From: Candidatus Helarchaeota ASGARD archaeon Hel_GB_B
GTDB lineage: Archaea > Asgardarchaeota > Lokiarchaeia > Helarchaeales > HEL-GB-B
Direction: 5' to 3'
NCBI GenBank assembly: GCA_005191425.1
Contig: SUPR01000007.1
Location: forward strand, 1 to 32,000
DNA length: 32,000 bases
Shown: piece after piece, positions 29,225-32,000 of the stretch
Numbering within the stretch: position 1 is the first letter of the stretch
Layout: every line of letters starts with the position of its first letter
Notes under the pieces: model-generated
Database searches by the model: none
What the model was told of the DNA's origin: nothing
Seen by the model: the letters and a program-made list of their open reading frames with translations, nothing else
Position numbers and translations under genes: made by a program

Positions 29225-30670
29225 TTAAACAATAGGAATTAATCTTGTGTTAATATATCCTTCACTTGCATCAGAAACTATTGAATTAATCTCTGTTTCA
29301 GGCCGTATTCCATAAAGGACAAGAGCCTTATTTACTAAATCTAATTTCCAATGAGTTGATACCATATGACATAAGTTTTTAATTAGATTTTGATTTTCTT
29401 GAGTTTGGACTATTGTTATATTATCACCAGCTCGTGACTTTGCTATTTGCTTGGCTATTGTCCTTATTAAATCATTTTCATTATAAATGTGTTGCAAAGA
29501 CCCAAGTCCTAAGAATGTCAAAACTGGCCATCCAAATTCATCATTATAATGCGCAATTTTCTCATCTATCAACTTAAAATCTTCTTCAGTATAATCCACA
29601 TTGTCTTGCGTTAAATTCAAATTACTTTTTTCAATTCCAATATTTATTGTCGAAATTAATTTTCTCAAACGCTCCTTACCAACAAAACCTTCGAGATATT
29701 TATTAAAAATTACGGGCGAAATCCCTTCAGGTAAAATTGCGACTAGACCTCTTTCTAAATTTAAATGATTTACCATAATTGGAATTAATATACTATATGA
29801 TGCTTCACCTATTCCATGTGCAATTTCAATTAGGTTCCAGCTACCTTTTTCAAATCCTCCATCGGTCAAAATGTCGAAATCTGGCATTCCAGTTGAAATA
29901 TAATTTTTATTTGGGTCTGGAATAGGCTCGGGTCTAATTAAAATTTCGGGAAAATTAAATTTGAAAGGAGGAAAATATCTAAATTTAGCATCATTTAATG
30001 TATATAAATATTCTGGCTGGATATTTTTGATCCCTCTTATCTTCTGTATCTCAATAGTCCTAATCCGCCTATTATAATATCTTGAGTTATTTAATATTAA
30101 AACGCCATCAACAAGATAGTCCATAAAATTCTCATTTGAGTCTTCTAAAACAAAAACTAATTTAAAATTGTGTTGTCGGACTAATTCAGTTAATACTGGT
30201 TCAATTCTATTTTTTTCAAATTGTCCATTGTTAATCCCTGCCTCAGCAACAGCATTCCAACTATCTATAACTATAGTACAATTCTCAATATTTTCGGTAA
30301 ATTCAAAAATTTTTACAAAAAAGTCTGGAGTATTTTGAAACTTTAACTTGTTTTTAAGATTTTTAATAGTATCTTGAGATGGGAGCATTAGATCTACATT
30401 TGAAGCATCAATAAATCTTATTTTTTCAATATAATTTTCAAGCCACGGATATTGTAATTTGATTAAATTTGGCATTACTCTCGTTGAAATATATATCGGT
30501 GTATTATCGTTTTTTAAGGACTCTTTTAAAATAGCTAACGCTAGACTTGTTTTGCCTGTACCTGCCATACCCTTTATTAATAGCGAAAAACCAAATGGTA
30601 AATTCAAGAATTTTATTAGCTCAATAGGTAAATTGACATTTTCATATCTTTTCATTCCGAGATACTCCAA
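29225..30670 (-). CDS. KaiC/RAD55-like RecA-superfamily ATPase (GvpD-like) with an active N-terminal and a degenerate C-terminal domain
   Basis: Walker A GMAGTGKT, Walker B IVIDS and IQKIRG. The second domain begins ISTGMPDFDILTDGGF but has no Walker A. Likely ATG start at 30655. Confidence 0.8.
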   Translation of the reverse strand: MEYLGMKRYENVNLPIELIKFLNLPFGFSLLIKGMAGTGKTSLALAILKESLKNDNTPIYISTRVMPNLIKLQYPWLENYIEKIRFIDASNVDLMLPSQDTIKNLKNKLKFQNTPDFFVKIFEFTENIENCTIVIDSWNAVAEAGINNGQFEKNRIEPVLTELVRQHNFKLVFVLEDSNENFMDYLVDGVLILNNSRYYNRRIRTIEIQKIRGIKNIQPEYLYTLNDAKFRYFPPFKFNFPEILIRPEPIPDPNKNYISTGMPDFDILTDGGFEKGSWNLIEIAHGIGEASYSILIPIMVNHLNLERGLVAILPEGISPVIFNKYLEGFVGKERLRKLISTINIGIEKSNLNLTQDNVDYTEEDFKLIDEKIAHYNDEFGWPVLTFLGLGSLQHIYNENDLIRTIAKQIAKSRAGDNITIVQTQENQNLIKNLCHMVSTHWKLDLVNKALVLYGIRPETEINSIVSDASEGYINTRLIPIV

Positions 30671-30748
30671 AAGGATATATATGATGAATTTTTCGGGTCT
30701 ACAATTAAAAACTCTTTTGGTAAATTAATGACCTTTTTGTTCAGAATA

Positions 30749-32000
30749 TTAAACATCTTGTTCAATAATATCTTGGATAAATGAAATTATCTCATCAGCC
30801 ATCTTTTGCGTTTTACTTTCCTTTTCCGTTTCCACAAAAATTCTAATTATTGGTTCAGTACCTGAAGCTCTTACTAAAAACCAACTAGATTTATTAATAA
30901 ATTTTACACCATCAATTGTATTAAGTTCATATTGCGAATATTTTTCCTTAAGTGCACTTATAATCTTTTCATATTTTTTTTCTGGGTATTTGACACTTGT
31001 CTTAATCATATAATATTTTCTTGGAAGCTTTTTAACTAATTCAGAAACGCTTGTATCATTTTTTGCAAGAATTTCTAAAATTTTGGCACATGCCATGGGG
31101 CCATCTCGAGCATTGTTAAAATATGGGAGCATTATTCCACCACAACTACCCTCGCCGCCTATTGCATCAACATTTTTCTTTACCAATTCATTTAATTTTG
31201 TTGCGACAAAAACTTCGCCTACTCGGACTTCTTCATAATTTGCATTATATTTTTTGGCCAGATCATAAAAAATTCTTGAGGAAGCTACGTTCAAAACAAG
31301 AGTACAGTTATCATGTGTTTCTAAATAATCTTTTACTATCAATGCTAAGCCAATGTCTTCACTTAAAACTTTTCCGGTTCCATTTTCAGCTATTACAACT
31401 CTATCAGCATCTAAATCATGTGCAAACCCAATATCTGCTCCGCTACTCTTAACCGCACCGGTTAAATCTGTTAGATTCTCAGGCTTTGGCTCAATTTTCC
31501 GAGGAAAATACGGGTATTCATCATTTAATGTATCATTTATTATTTGGGTCTTACACTGCATTTTAATAAAAAGTTGTGGAGTAACTGTTAGTCCACACCC
31601 TGCTACTGGATCTAATACTACTTTAAATTTTTTCTTCTTAATTAAAGAAACATCTACATTGTTTAAAATTGAATGTATATATCCACCTATTCCATCCCGT
31701 TTTGAAATATGCCCTAAATCATTATAACTTACAAAATTAAATGATTTTGTTTTATATACTTCCATAATTCTATTGAGATAATTTGAAGTAATGTATGTCT
31801 TCGTATCACCATTTATAAATTTGATACCATTCCAATCCTCCGGAATGTGCGACCCAGTAATCATAACTCCGCCATTTGCACCATTATGCTTAATATTATA
31901 TAGTAAACATGGTGATGGACACACACCCAAATTTATAACATTTATTCCAACTGAAATAAGCCCGTTAATTATATCGTTTCTAAGCATCCGACTAGTCAAC
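30749..32000 (-). CDS. Phosphoglucomutase/phosphomannomutase/phosphoglucosamine mutase family, 5' end outside the window
   Basis: TGSHIP phosphoserine loop, DLDADR metal loop, GEGSCGG sugar loop and VRASGTEPIIRI. Confidence 0.92.
   Translation of the reverse strand, partial: LTSRMLRNDIINGLISVGINVINLGVCPSPCLLYNIKHNGANGGVMITGSHIPEDWNGIKFINGDTKTYITSNYLNRIMEVYKTKSFNFVSYNDLGHISKRDGIGGYIHSILNNVDVSLIKKKKFKVVLDPVAGCGLTVTPQLFIKMQCKTQIINDTLNDEYPYFPRKIEPKPENLTDLTGAVKSSGADIGFAHDLDADRVVIAENGTGKVLSEDIGLALIVKDYLETHDNCTLVLNVASSRIFYDLAKKYNANYEEVRVGEVFVATKLNELVKKNVDAIGGEGSCGGIMLPYFNNARDGPMACAKILEILAKNDTSVSELVKKLPRKYYMIKTSVKYPEKKYEKIISALKEKYSQYELNTIDGVKFINKSSWFLVRASGTEPIIRIFVETEKESKTQKMADEIISFIQDIIEQDV

Noticed and set aside
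29225-30670. Evidence for gas vesicles or a circadian clock
   Set aside because: Only the GvpD/KaiC-like ATPase is present. There is no gvpA/C, kaiA or kaiB, and the C-terminal domain is degenerate.
28015-31727. ORFs 28015..28443, 28115..28405, 30459..30728, 31123..31452 and 31353..31727
   Set aside because: Antisense shadows of the PIG-L, KaiC-like and phosphohexomutase genes.
1-32000. tRNA, rRNA, CRISPR array or long tandem repeats
   Set aside because: No GC-rich structured stretch, T-loop motif or regularly spaced repeat was seen. A covariance-model search was not run.

Overview
Very AT-rich archaeal DNA, most likely from an Asgard archaeon (Loki/Helarchaeia-like). The lineage is inferred from a roadblock/LC7 gene, a longin-like plus PCI-type winged-helix protein, Nep1 and a split acyl-CoA mutase. 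In order, the window holds: a dimeric dUTPase; an operon of an HhH glycosylase-like gene, nep1 and a hypothetical gene; an intact type II restriction-modification pair; about 2.7 kb of decayed DDE transposases; VOC, DUF2284, GH172 and M28 peptidase genes; a roadblock gene broken by one in-frame TAA; a hisGDCBH operon lacking hisA/F/IE; a two-gene module (a Zn-finger / 7x winged-helix / longin protein followed by a wH + tandem MIT/TPR-like protein); an alkaline-phosphatase-family enzyme; a B12 acyl-CoA mutase with isobutyryl-CoA-mutase-type residues (F71/Q189); YkgJ, polyprenol-kinase-like, PfkB and PIG-L genes; a KaiC/GvpD-like ATPase with a stand-alone receiver protein; and a 5'-truncated phosphohexomutase. 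No tRNA, rRNA or CRISPR array was seen. All family calls come from motif recognition by eye; no searches were run.
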